DNA from: Magnetospirillum sp.
GTDB taxonomy: Bacteria; Pseudomonadota; Alphaproteobacteria; Rhodospirillales; Magnetospirillaceae
NCBI GenBank assembly: GCA_035491155.1
Contig: DATJKV010000165.1
Span: forward strand, 1 to 36,284
Direction: 5' to 3'
Length of the DNA: 36,284 nt
The notes beneath the pieces were generated by a model that worked only from the letters and a program-made list of their open reading frames with translations, was not told the origin of the DNA and searched no databases. Shown piece after piece: positions 1 to 9,678 of the stretch. The first letter of the stretch is position 1; each line of letters starts with the position of its first letter. The position numbers and the translations under genes are program-made.

Positions 1-1
1 C

Positions 2-571
2 AACAAGATCATCACGACCGGCGAGGGCGGCCTGGTCACCGTCAATGATCCCCAGCTGTTCGAGCGCCTGCGGTTGCTGCGCGACCATGGGGTCAAGCCC
101 GAGCGTCGCTACTGGCACCTGGAGCCCGGCACCAATTGCCGCATGACCAATTTGCAGGCGGCGCTGGGTGTGGCTCAGATGGAGCGGGTGGATGAGTTCC
201 TGGCGCTGCGTGACCGCCTGGCCGAGCGCTATGACGCCGAACTTGCCGGCATCCCCGGCATCACCCCGCACCGCACCGCCAATTGGGGCCGCAAGGTGTG
301 CTGGCTGTATTCCGTCGAAGTCGATCCGGCTCAGTTCGGCATGGATCGCGACACTCTGCTGGGCGCCTTGCGCGAACTGGGCGTCGAGGCGCGGCCGGTA
401 TTCCCGGCCCTGGACGACCAGCCGGCCTTCGCCGGATCGCGCACCGGCAAGGTGCCGAGCAGTCGGCGGCTGGGCCACAATGGTCTGTCGTTGCCCACCG
501 GTAACGAGATGTCGGTTATCGAAGTGGTGCGGGTGGCTGAAGCGTTGCGCACCCTGTGCCGGGCTCGGTGA
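2..571 (+). CDS. DegT/DnrJ/EryC1/StrS sugar aminotransferase (perosamine synthase-like), 5'-truncated by window edge
   Basis: Frame from base 2 reads NKIITTGEGGLV (PLP-lysine motif), then NCRMTNLQAALG and GLSLPTG near the C-terminus. Confidence 0.9.
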   Translation, partial: NKIITTGEGGLVTVNDPQLFERLRLLRDHGVKPERRYWHLEPGTNCRMTNLQAALGVAQMERVDEFLALRDRLAERYDAELAGIPGITPHRTANWGRKVCWLYSVEVDPAQFGMDRDTLLGALRELGVEARPVFPALDDQPAFAGSRTGKVPSSRRLGHNGLSLPTGNEMSVIEVVRVAEALRTLCRAR

Positions 572-578
572 GGCGCGG

Positions 579-719
579 ATGAAGGCGAAGCCTGCCGCCG
601 TCGCGCTGTCCATTGTTTGGTTGTTCGCCGTGGTCGGCTCGTACTTCACCTATAACGCGGATTACTACCACGAGAAGGTTCGGGTGTTCGCGGATTTCAT
701 CGCTAGGCGGCTGGGATGA
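579..719 (+). CDS. 46-aa single-pass membrane peptide (MKAKPAAVALSIVWLFAVVGSYFTYNADYYHEKVRVFADFIARRLG)
   Basis: GAGG at 570-573 precedes ATG 579. It fills the gap between two genes, its TGA overlaps the next ATG (ATGA 716-719), and it has one hydrophobic helix. Confidence 0.7.
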   Translation: MKAKPAAVALSIVWLFAVVGSYFTYNADYYHEKVRVFADFIARRLG

Positions 720-2629
720 CCGTCCTCTTTCTGTTGCTGTTCACCCTGGTGACGACCGGGGCGGGGACGAGCGTTCTCGCCGGATTCGGCCTTGCCAGGC
801 ACTTTACCCACGGCGGCCGGTTCGCCTTGGCCTTCGGCCTGGGCTGCCTGCTGGTCTACGTGGGTGTGGCCACGGTGGGGCCATTTCGCCTGGATGTGAC
901 AAGCGTTGGCGCGATTGCCGCCGCCGCCGCGGCGCTGGCTCTTCCCACCTGGGCGGCGTGGCTCAACCGGCTGCGCAGTCTGAATGCGCTGGCGACGCTG
1001 GCCGCCGCCATTGCGTGGTGCCGGGCCAATCCCTGGGCCGCAGGCCTGTGGGCGGCGGTCGGACTCAGTTTGACCTCGCTCCTGATCCAGGGGATGGCGC
1101 CGCCTAACGATTACGACAGCCTGATGTACCACATCGCCCTTCCCCGGCGAGACGTGGAGCAAGGGTTCATCGGTCCGGATTGGGAACTCAGCGTCTTCTC
1201 GTTCTTCCCGGCCTTGGCCGAGCACATGTATCGGGTCGCCCTCGTGCTGTCCGGCGAGCGGGCGGCCCAGTGCATCACCGGTCTGTTTGGCGTTGCCTTG
1301 GCGGTCGGCACCTCTGCGCTGGCCCGCCGGCTGGGCTTGGGAGCCACTGCCGCCGCGCTGGCGGCGCTGATGACCGTGTCCGTACGCGCCACCGTGTGGG
1401 AATTGGCGACCTGCGAGGTGGAGGCGGTGCTTGCCTGCTATGTGGTGGCTCTGCTGCTCATTTACCTCCATTGGCGCGAGCAGGGTGGCTTCGCGCCGAT
1501 GATCGTGTTCGGTCTGCTGGCGGGTGCCTCGGTGGCCACCAAATACCACGGCTTGGTTGTGGTCATGGGCTTGGCGCCGGTTCTGCTGTGGGAAGCTTTC
1601 CGCCGACCGCGCGCGCTGGCCGAACTGGCGGCGGGCGCAATGGTTGCGCTTGCCGTGCTGGCGCCGCATCTGGTGCGCGACTACGTCTTCACCGGCAATC
1701 CGGTGTTCCCGTTGCTGAACCACATGCTGTTTCCCGACGGACCGGCCTTCTATCGTGACATGGGCCAGTACATGGGCCGCGAGCGCAGCCTATTGAACCT
1801 GCTCAGGGTTTACTGGGATGCTTCGGTGCTGCCCACCTATTATTTTGACGGCGCCATGCTGGGCGCGCCCTATCTGCTGGCTTTCGCGCCCATGGCGGTG
1901 TTCGCCCGGCCGCGACCGACGCTGCCGCTGCTGGGATTGATCGCCATCTACACGGTGGTTTGGTACCTGACCATGTCCCAGCAGGTGCGCTTCCTGCTGC
2001 CCATCACGCCGCTATTCGCCATATTCGCGGCGGCCGGCGCGGCATGGCTGTGGGGTAATGCCCGGGGTGCCGCCCGGGTGGCGACGGCCATCGGGTCACT
2101 GGGGCTGGCACTGCCCCAGGCCGCCTTCGTCGGTATCTATTCCGCGTTGCGGCTGCCGGCGGCGCTGGGCGTGGTGGACAGGACCACCTACCTGACTGGC
2201 ACGCCCACCATGTACGACAACTTCTACCTCAGCTGCCGCTGGGTCGAAGAGCGCCTGCGGCCGGGCGAGCGCGTGCTCAGCATGATCATGCCCCATTCGT
2301 ACTACTGCCCGCAGGCTCAGGTGGTGGTCCCGCCTGCCCTGCCGGGAGAAGAAGACCACTGGCTACGCGGCCGGACGCTGCCGCCGCTGGACGCCCGCCA
2401 ACTGGCCCAGGCCCTGCGCACCCATGCCATCCGCTACGTCATGGTCGAGACCTCGCGCGAGTTGCGCAGCGGCCCCGCCGAGTCCGCGCGGACCATCACG
2501 CGAGATCTGTCCGGCGACCGCATCGGGGCGCTGTTGTTGCCGATCCTCGACAAGGTCAAGCCGGAATTCACTGACTCGCAATCGGCGGTCTATGACGGCG
2601 ACAAGCTGGCTGCGATCCTGGCGGAATAA
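716..2629 (+). CDS. Polytopic membrane protein, GT-C/ArnT(PMT)-like lipid-carrier-dependent glycosyltransferase
   Basis: 637 aa with many hydrophobic segments, an acidic loop motif PPNDYDSLMYH, ATKY, TGNPVFP and QVRFLLP motifs, and a soluble C-terminal domain. Confidence 0.65.
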   Translation: MTVLFLLLFTLVTTGAGTSVLAGFGLARHFTHGGRFALAFGLGCLLVYVGVATVGPFRLDVTSVGAIAAAAAALALPTWAAWLNRLRSLNALATLAAAIAWCRANPWAAGLWAAVGLSLTSLLIQGMAPPNDYDSLMYHIALPRRDVEQGFIGPDWELSVFSFFPALAEHMYRVALVLSGERAAQCITGLFGVALAVGTSALARRLGLGATAAALAALMTVSVRATVWELATCEVEAVLACYVVALLLIYLHWREQGGFAPMIVFGLLAGASVATKYHGLVVVMGLAPVLLWEAFRRPRALAELAAGAMVALAVLAPHLVRDYVFTGNPVFPLLNHMLFPDGPAFYRDMGQYMGRERSLLNLLRVYWDASVLPTYYFDGAMLGAPYLLAFAPMAVFARPRPTLPLLGLIAIYTVVWYLTMSQQVRFLLPITPLFAIFAAAGAAWLWGNARGAARVATAIGSLGLALPQAAFVGIYSALRLPAALGVVDRTTYLTGTPTMYDNFYLSCRWVEERLRPGERVLSMIMPHSYYCPQAQVVVPPALPGEEDHWLRGRTLPPLDARQLAQALRTHAIRYVMVETSRELRSGPAESARTITRDLSGDRIGALLLPILDKVKPEFTDSQSAVYDGDKLAAILAE

Positions 2630-2635
2630 GGCGAG

Positions 2636-4123
2636 CTAGAACTGGAAATAGAGAAATTGCGCATCCTTGGACACGCCCATGATGCTTGCGGCAAGCAACA
2701 GGGAAATGGCCATGGCCCACTTCCGAGTTGGGCGCAGAGCAAGCCATGCGGCGCGATTTTCCTGCAAAACGATGTCCTGGCTGTTGGGCAACACCCAGGC
2801 GATTACAGCCAGCAACAATAGGCAGGCCAGTTCCTTGGCGCCCAGAAAGGTGGGAAGATAATAAGCTGGCAGGCCCAGCGCCTGGGTAAGCTGGCGCAAG
2901 CCGGGCAGCGCGGCATAGCTTTCCGGCACCACGATCCCGTTCAGACCGGCCATGCCCGCCAGCACGCGAACGGCCTCGCCCATGTCGGCAGCGCGGAAGA
3001 ACACCCACGCGACCACCACTACGAGGAAGGTTAGCGCCTGGCCGGACAGGCGGCCGCCGAGGCACGGACCGCCCTGGGGCCTCAGCTCTCGCCAGGCGTG
3101 GTTGAGCGCCAGGGCAGCGCCGTGAATGGCGCCCCACGCCAGGAAGGTGAGATTGGCGCCATGCCAGAGGCCGCCCAGAACCATGGTCGCCAGCAGGTTG
3201 GCATAGCGCCGGCCCCGCCCCAGGCGGTTGCCGCCCAATGGGATGTAGAGGTAGTCGCGCAGGAACCGCGACAGACTGAGGTGCCAGCGCCGCCAGAAGT
3301 CGATGATGGACGCGGCGCGGTAGGGTGAATCGAAGTTCACCGGCAGCCGCAGGCCAAACATCAGCCCCAGGCCCACCGCCATGTCGGAATAGCCCGAGAA
3401 GTCGAAATAGATCTGGAAGGCGTAAGCCAGGGCGCCGCACCACGCCTCGACGAAGGTTGGCGCGGCGGCATTGAATACCGGTCCGACGTAATCGCCCACC
3501 GTATCAGCCAGCAGCACCTTCTTGCCCAATCCGATAGCAAACAGCGTCACTCCCTGCGCCAGCTTGCGCCCATCCATGCGATAGGTTGCCGGGTTCGAGA
3601 ACTGCGGCATCATCTCCTGATGGTGGATGATCGGGCCGGCAATCAGGTGCGGGAAGACGGTGACGAACAGCAGGTAATCCAGCGGCGAATGCTGGGACGC
3701 TAAGCCCCGGCGGGCATCCACTAGGAAGGCCAACTGGGTGAAGGTGAAGAAGGAGATGCCGAGCGGAATGACGCCGACAGCGGTGTGGCTCGCCAGGTTG
3801 CCCGCCAGCAGGCCGGCGGCGAAGTCGGCGTATTTGTAGAGGAACAGCGTGGCCAGATTGCCGCATACGCCGCACCAGAGGGCCAGGTCGCGGACGCGGC
3901 CAGGGCGCCGTTCGTCCAGGATGAAGCGCGACACCAGCCAGTTGGTGGCGATGCTCAGCAGCATCAGTGGGAGGTTCGCCACGGCCGAGGACGCGTAGAA
4001 CACCAGCGAGGCGCCGGCCAGCACCGCCTTTCCCCACAGGGGACGGAAGCGCCCCAGCAGGTAATAGGCGCAGAATGTCGCCGGCAGGAAGGCGAAGATG
4101 AATTCGTAGGAATTGAATAGCAC
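2636..4123 (-). CDS. MBOAT family O-acyltransferase (AlgI/PatA/DltB-like)
   Basis: GTG at 4123 with GGAG upstream gives MLFNSYEF. Motifs PLGISFFTF, FPHLIAGPI, DFSGYSDMA, FWRRWHLSLS and GLWHGA (catalytic His); C-terminus FLYFQF. Confidence 0.93.
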   Translation of the reverse strand: MLFNSYEFIFAFLPATFCAYYLLGRFRPLWGKAVLAGASLVFYASSAVANLPLMLLSIATNWLVSRFILDERRPGRVRDLALWCGVCGNLATLFLYKYADFAAGLLAGNLASHTAVGVIPLGISFFTFTQLAFLVDARRGLASQHSPLDYLLFVTVFPHLIAGPIIHHQEMMPQFSNPATYRMDGRKLAQGVTLFAIGLGKKVLLADTVGDYVGPVFNAAAPTFVEAWCGALAYAFQIYFDFSGYSDMAVGLGLMFGLRLPVNFDSPYRAASIIDFWRRWHLSLSRFLRDYLYIPLGGNRLGRGRRYANLLATMVLGGLWHGANLTFLAWGAIHGAALALNHAWRELRPQGGPCLGGRLSGQALTFLVVVVAWVFFRAADMGEAVRVLAGMAGLNGIVVPESYAALPGLRQLTQALGLPAYYLPTFLGAKELACLLLLAVIAWVLPNSQDIVLQENRAAWLALRPTRKWAMAISLLLAASIMGVSKDAQFLYFQF

Positions 4124-4125
4124 GT

Positions 4126-5130
4126 CTAACGCTCCCCCTGGCCCAGGTCGTCCAGGCAATGTCGCAGACCGTTCTCGGTGGCGGTGCGGTCCGGCCAGGG
4201 AAAGGCGGCAAACAAGGTTTTGGCGCCGGCGGTGTTCAGGTGGGTGGCGTCGGCGAAGTACTCCTCGCTATCGGAAATGCCCGATACGTGGGTAAGGTCG
4301 GCAAACGGCCCGATCGCCTCGAAGAACGCCTGTTTCTGTCGGCAAAGCTGGGGCCCGTCCAACAGCTCGCGCACCGTCTTGTCGGGCAGGGTCGGCGTCA
4401 TGAAGGTGATGGGGATGTGGTGGCGGGCCGCGAACTCCTTGACCCGGGCCAGCTTGCGCACCTCGTCCGCTTCGAAACTCTGGTAGTTGGGTTCTAGCGC
4501 CTCGCGCCACACGCCGTCCCAGTGCCGCGGGATGTCCAGCACCCGAAACCCCCGGGCGTGGATGTGGTAGTCGTGCTGCCCGGTGGCCCAAGCCCAAACC
4601 TTCGCCGCCGTTTCCTTGGCATATGAGCGGAAATTGATCACCCGGTTCAGAAAGCGCTGGACGCCCCCCTGTGCCACGTGATTGTCGAGAGTGTCGCCGT
4701 GCCGGAAGGTGTGCAGGTCGATCAGGTAGATGATGCCTTGGACATTGTTGCGCTGCGTGTCGTCGAGGTCCTCGAGGAAGCGCGACACCGTATCGGGCCA
4801 TCCATAGACGGCGTGCAGGTTCAGGACCTTTCGCCCGGTCACCCCGTCCGAGAACATGTGAGAACGCGACGTCCCGAAGACCAGTGTGTAGGGAGCCTGG
4901 GAAAGATATTCTTGGTAACGGTGGATGGTGTTCTGGTTGGACGCAAGATAGAGGCCCGCTTCGTCGCCGTGTTCGGCATATGGATCGACGGCTACGACTG
5001 CGCCCAGCGCGACCAGCAGCAGCAACAGCGTCAACCCGACGACGGAGGCGAAGAAGGCGCCATAGCCACCTTCATTAGCTAACGCCGTCGTAGGGATGTC
5101 CCTTCCGCTCCAGTTGGACCGTTGCAGCAT
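4126..5130 (-). CDS. Membrane-anchored SGNH-like protein (AlgJ/DltD/PatB-type partner of the MBOAT)
   Basis: N-terminal hydrophobic helix, FGTSRS (block I Ser) and FADATHLN (DxxH); lies directly upstream of the MBOAT. Start uncertain. Confidence 0.65.
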   Translation of the reverse strand: MLQRSNWSGRDIPTTALANEGGYGAFFASVVGLTLLLLLVALGAVVAVDPYAEHGDEAGLYLASNQNTIHRYQEYLSQAPYTLVFGTSRSHMFSDGVTGRKVLNLHAVYGWPDTVSRFLEDLDDTQRNNVQGIIYLIDLHTFRHGDTLDNHVAQGGVQRFLNRVINFRSYAKETAAKVWAWATGQHDYHIHARGFRVLDIPRHWDGVWREALEPNYQSFEADEVRKLARVKEFAARHHIPITFMTPTLPDKTVRELLDGPQLCRQKQAFFEAIGPFADLTHVSGISDSEEYFADATHLNTAGAKTLFAAFPWPDRTATENGLRHCLDDLGQGER

Positions 5131-5138
5131 GGCGAGGG

Positions 5139-6155
5139 TCAGGAAATGCGTTGCGCCAGCAGGTCCGAAACGCTCTGGTTGAACAACTCGTCGTCCACGA
5201 CTGTAGCGAATTCGGGCACTAGCGGATGGATCGAGCCGGTTTCATTGTTCCAGCAGCGGCCGCACAGGGTGCCTGACAGCTCCCCTTCGATATGGCGGCG
5301 ACGCAGGTCTTTCATGGCCTCGCCGTTCCACGCCTCCGACAGCGAGCAGGCGTTCAGGTCCACCAACGCCAGGTAGTTGTGATAGTCGGTGCAACAGGCG
5401 GTCAAATACCCTTCGCACGTCACGTGAATCCGCTCAAAGGGATAGTGGCAAATGCCAGTCAGCACCGGTGCCAATCCAGCCGACTGAGTCAGTTTCTCCT
5501 GGGCGGTATTGGCTTGGCCCATCTGGCTGTGACATTTGAGGAGGATGACGTCGTCCACCAGCGGACCCATCAGCGCCTGGAAACTCTCGGTTTCCGGCAG
5601 GGTCAGGTCGGTGACTACGTGCGAAACCGCCAACGCCAGCGGACGATCCTGCGCGCGTCGGTATTCGGACACGAAACGAACGTTGGCGACCACCTTGTCC
5701 CAGTCGTCCTTGCCGTGAATCCTGCGATAGCTTTCACGGCTGCCGGCGTTGATAGAGAACTTGATGGACGACAGACCAGCATCGATCACCTCCTTAAGGC
5801 GCTGCGGGGTCGCGGCGGCGCCGTTGGTGGTGATGAAGATGTACTCGAAGCCCAACTCGCGGGCCTTCGCGGTGAAAGCAGGCAGGTCCTTGTGCACGAA
5901 CGGCTCGCCGGTCGTATAGAAGCCAATCTCGCGGACACCGGCAGCCACCGCCTCGGCCATCAGGCGGGTCAGCAGGCCGTCGTCAATGCGGCCCACTTTG
6001 CGCTGCATGTGCGGGTTGGTGCAGAACACGCAGGCATGGTTGCAGCCGTTCGACAGTTCAACCAGCATGGAACGGGGCATGGGCGCATCGGTCTGGCGTT
6101 CGCCGGCTGCCGAGGCCAATTTCTGATATTGGACCCGTTCACGAATGCTTGACAT
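5139..6155 (-). CDS. Radical SAM protein with SPASM/twitch domain (paralogue A)
   Basis: CNHACVFC, YTTGEP, TTNG; C-terminal CHYPF...ACC...CGRC. ATG 6155 chosen because of upstream AAGGTG and the same N-terminal length as the paralogue at 14959; the open frame extends to 6215. Confidence 0.9.
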   Translation of the reverse strand: MSSIRERVQYQKLASAAGERQTDAPMPRSMLVELSNGCNHACVFCTNPHMQRKVGRIDDGLLTRLMAEAVAAGVREIGFYTTGEPFVHKDLPAFTAKARELGFEYIFITTNGAAATPQRLKEVIDAGLSSIKFSINAGSRESYRRIHGKDDWDKVVANVRFVSEYRRAQDRPLALAVSHVVTDLTLPETESFQALMGPLVDDVILLKCHSQMGQANTAQEKLTQSAGLAPVLTGICHYPFERIHVTCEGYLTACCTDYHNYLALVDLNACSLSEAWNGEAMKDLRRRHIEGELSGTLCGRCWNNETGSIHPLVPEFATVVDDELFNQSVSDLLAQRIS

Positions 6156-6239
6156 TAGCTGGTTCACCTTTGCTTCGGGAGCGCTGAACATAGCATAGGT
6201 GCGGGTGCCTGCCACAAGGGCTTGGCGGTCTCAGGCGGT

Positions 6240-7436
6240 TCAGCCTCCTTGGAAGACATCGTTAAGAGCGGCAGCCAGGATGGCTTCGAGAGGTCCATGC
6301 GGTGACCCAGCCTGCTTGATGTACTCCTCGATGAAACGAGCGTAATCGGTTTCATTGGCCGGCGGAATGGCGGCCAGGTCAATGGTGTCCACGTCTTCCA
6401 GCGTGTATTGGGGCCTGTTCAGGGCCTGGGCATACCCGCGCCCCATCTGGTCAATCAGGGGCGCGGCGCGGCGAATGTCATGGCTGGTGAGGAACATTAC
6501 CGGCCGCATCCATAGTGCGGCGAAGTTCGTGGCTGCACTATGGTGAGTCAATACCAATCGGCTTTCGCGCACGAGCGGTGCGGTGTCGCCCTTGAGGATG
6601 CGTCGGGCGCCGAATAGGCCAGCGCGGGTTTCGTAGTCGGAGCGGGGATGGGCGGCGACGACAACCTCGAGCCCCATTTCGGTCTCGATGCGGTCGAACA
6701 GCCGGCGCAGGGATGCGTAATAAAAATCGGGCGGGATTGGGTGTGCCCGCATGACGACTAGGTCGGCATGGAACGGTAGGTATTGATCGATGAAGACGGC
6801 CACGTCCCGCTGGCCGGCGAAGGGGCATGCGCATGCGCCCTGCCATATGTCCCAATCGGCACTGTGGGCCAGCACGGAACGGGTCTGGAGCCCGACCAGG
6901 GGGCCACCGTTCATACTGTTGCGCCCGCCATAAACAGCCAGCGTCGCTCTGGGGATGCCCAGGACTTCGGGCCGTGTACGCATGACCAGCATTTCCGGCA
7001 GCCGACCGGTACGGAAGAGGTCATGGACCCGCGCGATTAGGTTCGGTCGCTGGGAGTTCTCCGCCGCCGCGCTGGGCGACGCCCCGGTAAGCAGGAGGCC
7101 GTATGGCACCCGCTGCCGGCTCATTAGGCGTAAGACCATGGCTGCCCTCGCCGTGTAAGAGCGTCCCACGAAGGGGCATAGGGCAAATGCGCTGGCGTGA
7201 CCCAGTTCGGCGAGCACATCCCGAAGCTGGGTCCAGTTTTTGACCACATCGATGGCCAAATCCTTTTGCGCGGCGTAGTGTGACCGGTCGGCGGGAAGGT
7301 CCGGTAATAGCAGGGGACCCAGGTCCACCACGCGTACGGTGAACCCTCTGTTCCGCAAGGCGTCCATGCAATAGCGTTGTCTATCGCGGGCGGTCACCGG
7401 CAATTGGACGATAAAGGCGACGGTGCGTTCGGTCAT
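6240..7436 (-). CDS. Hypothetical glycan biosynthesis protein, GT-B-like (possible ulosonate transferase)
   Basis: 398 aa soluble ORF with VFIDQ, VVAAHPR (HP motif) and LTHHSAA, resembling C-terminal motifs of CMP-ulosonate-using GT-B enzymes. Function is inferred. Confidence 0.55.
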   Translation of the reverse strand: MTERTVAFIVQLPVTARDRQRYCMDALRNRGFTVRVVDLGPLLLPDLPADRSHYAAQKDLAIDVVKNWTQLRDVLAELGHASAFALCPFVGRSYTARAAMVLRLMSRQRVPYGLLLTGASPSAAAENSQRPNLIARVHDLFRTGRLPEMLVMRTRPEVLGIPRATLAVYGGRNSMNGGPLVGLQTRSVLAHSADWDIWQGACACPFAGQRDVAVFIDQYLPFHADLVVMRAHPIPPDFYYASLRRLFDRIETEMGLEVVVAAHPRSDYETRAGLFGARRILKGDTAPLVRESRLVLTHHSAATNFAALWMRPVMFLTSHDIRRAAPLIDQMGRGYAQALNRPQYTLEDVDTIDLAAIPPANETDYARFIEEYIKQAGSPHGPLEAILAAALNDVFQGG

Positions 7437-7851
7437 ATCAGTGCTTATGCCGGAATCGTGCCCTCATTTGGCCGACCGCCAGAACCCGACTCGGAAATAT
7501 ACCGGCAGGGCGAGGTTGCTGCTGTGATCAGTACTCCGCAAACCCAGGTTCTGTTTTTCATCTGAACGTTCGCGCTTCTAGCCAGCTTGGCCTACCGCGG
7601 GACTCTAGCAGGTTTCACGCGAGCCGACGAGATGGAAGAGCGCCTCTTCAGTAGCCTTGCGCCGGTGGCGGAAGGTTGACGCTCGGCCTTTGGGCATGCT
7701 ATCCGAGCCAGCCTGCTTTCAAGTTTTCCGCAAGCGAGTGGCGACCCGTACTGGGGCAGTCATCCGAGGCCGCCCTTCGCGATCATCCAGCACCGCCCAG
7801 GGTTGCCCCGATGGTTTGGCCCGTGGCGCGCTAACCGGACCCTGTCAGGCC

Positions 7852-9678
7852 ATGTTTCTTCCTGTTCGCCAGTTGTGGGCCATCTTCGACGCGGAAACTC
7901 GACGCCAGGCTCTGGTGCTGTGCGTGCTGGTCAGCGTTGTCAGCCTGTTCGACGCCGTGGGGGTGGGGGCGGTGCTCCCGTTGCTGAAGATCGTCGCCAC
8001 GCCCGAGCGCATGGGCGACATGCCGGCACTGGTCGCGCTCCACTCCTGGCTCGGTAGCCCTTCCGCCAAGGACTTCGCCATTGTCCTTGCCTTGGTGACG
8101 CTTGCCGTCTTCATCGGCAAGAATGCGTTCACCCTGATCGTCACGGCCTATCAGTACCGCTTCATCTGGGACAGCCGGTCGCGGCTCGCCCTCAAGCTTT
8201 ACGAGCACTACCTGGCGTCGGACTACGAATTTCATATGCGTAATTCGGGCGCCAACATGCAGCGCAACCTCTCCCTGTCGATGGATGAGATCTTCGGCGG
8301 TGTTGTCCTGCCGGCGGTGCAGATCACCAGTGAAGCGGTGGTGGTGATGGCCATCCTTGCCGTGCTGCTGGTCGTCGACCCCGTGCCGACGGTGGCGGTC
8401 ATGCTGCTGTTCGGTGGCGTGACCTACGGCTACTACATGTCCATCCGCAATCGGCTGAGGGTCTGGGGGGCCGAGCATGAGCAGACCAATGGCGAAATCC
8501 TGTCCTGCATCGCCCAGTCCATGCGCCTGATAAAAGACATCAAGGCGTCGGGCCGCGAGAATTTCTTCGCTACCACGCTGGGCGGGATCCTACACCGCAA
8601 TTGCATGGCCCGGCGGCGTTATCAGTTCACTACCGCCACCCCGCGCCTGCTGCTGGAAACCCTGGCCATCGGCATCATGCTGTTGGGGATCGTCGGTCTG
8701 CTGACGATGGGGCGCAGCCCAGGGGAGGTGGTGGTCACCTTGGGCCTTTTCGGTGTGGTTGCATTCCGGCTGATGCCATCGCTGAATCGGCTGACCGGGT
8801 ATGCCAGCAATCTGAGGGCGGGCAGCGCCATGGTCGGCACCATCCACGCCGATATCCAAAAGGTGCGCGCCCTGCCGGGCGCGGGCGCGGTGTTCGCCGA
8901 ACCCGATCCCCTATCCTTGCCCCTTCACGAGACGTTGAAGGTGGAGAATGTGTCCTATCGCTATCCCGGTGCCGAGCGGCCGGCTTTGGCGGGCATCGAC
9001 ATGACCGTGCGGCGCGGCCAGTCGGTGGCGCTCGTGGGGGCGTCGGGAGCAGGCAAGACGACTCTTGCGGACGTGCTGCTGGGGCTTTTGGAACCCGATA
9101 TCGGCAACATCCTGGCCGACGGGGTTGCTATCCGTAGTCATCTCCGGCGGTGGCAGCGGAGCATCGGCTATGTGCCGCAGGACGTGTTCCTGCTGGACGG
9201 CACAATTCGAAGCAACGTCGCGTTTGGCATCCGTGACGAAGAGATCGACGACGAACGCGTGATGAAGGCCATTCGCCTGGCGCAATTGGAGAAGCTGGTG
9301 GAGGGCATGCCCCAAGGTCTCCATACCGTGGTGGGCGAAAAGAACGCCCTGTCGGGCGGCCAGCGCCAACGCATCGGCATCGCCCGTGCTCTTTACAATG
9401 ATCCCGACGTTCTGGTGATGGACGAGGCCACCTCGGCGCTGGACGCCGAGACCGAGCATCTGATCACCCAGGCCATCGAGTCGCTGCACGGCGACAAGAC
9501 GCTGTTCATCATTGCTCACAGGCTCAGCACCGTGCGGCGCTGCGATCTGATCTTCCTCATGCATCAGGGCATGATCGAGGATGTGGGCAGCTTCAATGAA
9601 CTGGTCGAGCGGCATCCGAGGTTCGCCAATATGGTCAAGCTGATGGGCATGGAGGACCGTGGTCGGGGGCGCGCATAA
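7852..9678 (+). CDS. ABC transporter, fused permease/ATPase (PglK-like lipid-linked oligosaccharide flippase)
   Basis: N-terminal TM domain; Walker A GASGAGKTT, LSGGQRQR, LVMDEATSALD and IAHRL; PRLLLE and FRLMPSLNR motifs. ATG 7852 preferred over TTG 7657. Confidence 0.9.
   Translation: MFLPVRQLWAIFDAETRRQALVLCVLVSVVSLFDAVGVGAVLPLLKIVATPERMGDMPALVALHSWLGSPSAKDFAIVLALVTLAVFIGKNAFTLIVTAYQYRFIWDSRSRLALKLYEHYLASDYEFHMRNSGANMQRNLSLSMDEIFGGVVLPAVQITSEAVVVMAILAVLLVVDPVPTVAVMLLFGGVTYGYYMSIRNRLRVWGAEHEQTNGEILSCIAQSMRLIKDIKASGRENFFATTLGGILHRNCMARRRYQFTTATPRLLLETLAIGIMLLGIVGLLTMGRSPGEVVVTLGLFGVVAFRLMPSLNRLTGYASNLRAGSAMVGTIHADIQKVRALPGAGAVFAEPDPLSLPLHETLKVENVSYRYPGAERPALAGIDMTVRRGQSVALVGASGAGKTTLADVLLGLLEPDIGNILADGVAIRSHLRRWQRSIGYVPQDVFLLDGTIRSNVAFGIRDEEIDDERVMKAIRLAQLEKLVEGMPQGLHTVVGEKNALSGGQRQRIGIARALYNDPDVLVMDEATSALDAETEHLITQAIESLHGDKTLFIIAHRLSTVRRCDLIFLMHQGMIEDVGSFNELVERHPRFANMVKLMGMEDRGRGRA

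Noticed and set aside
579-719. RiPP precursor peptide for the SPASM enzymes
   Set aside because: It is a hydrophobic TM-like peptide coupled to a membrane protein several kb from the radical SAM genes. No RRE domain or peptidase was seen.
7447-7464. Sigma54-like GG-N10-GC element on the minus strand (GGGCACGATTCCGGCA)
   Set aside because: It lacks the TGG and TTGC consensus bases and would put the transcription start essentially on the ATG at 7436.
7657-7851. N-terminal extensions given by the ORF track (also 10739, 16847, 21880, 25363, 26951, 28288, 33707)
   Set aside because: Low-complexity Arg/Pro/Gly-rich translations, mostly overlapping neighbouring genes. Downstream starts with stop/start overlaps, RBSs or family-typical N-termini fit better.
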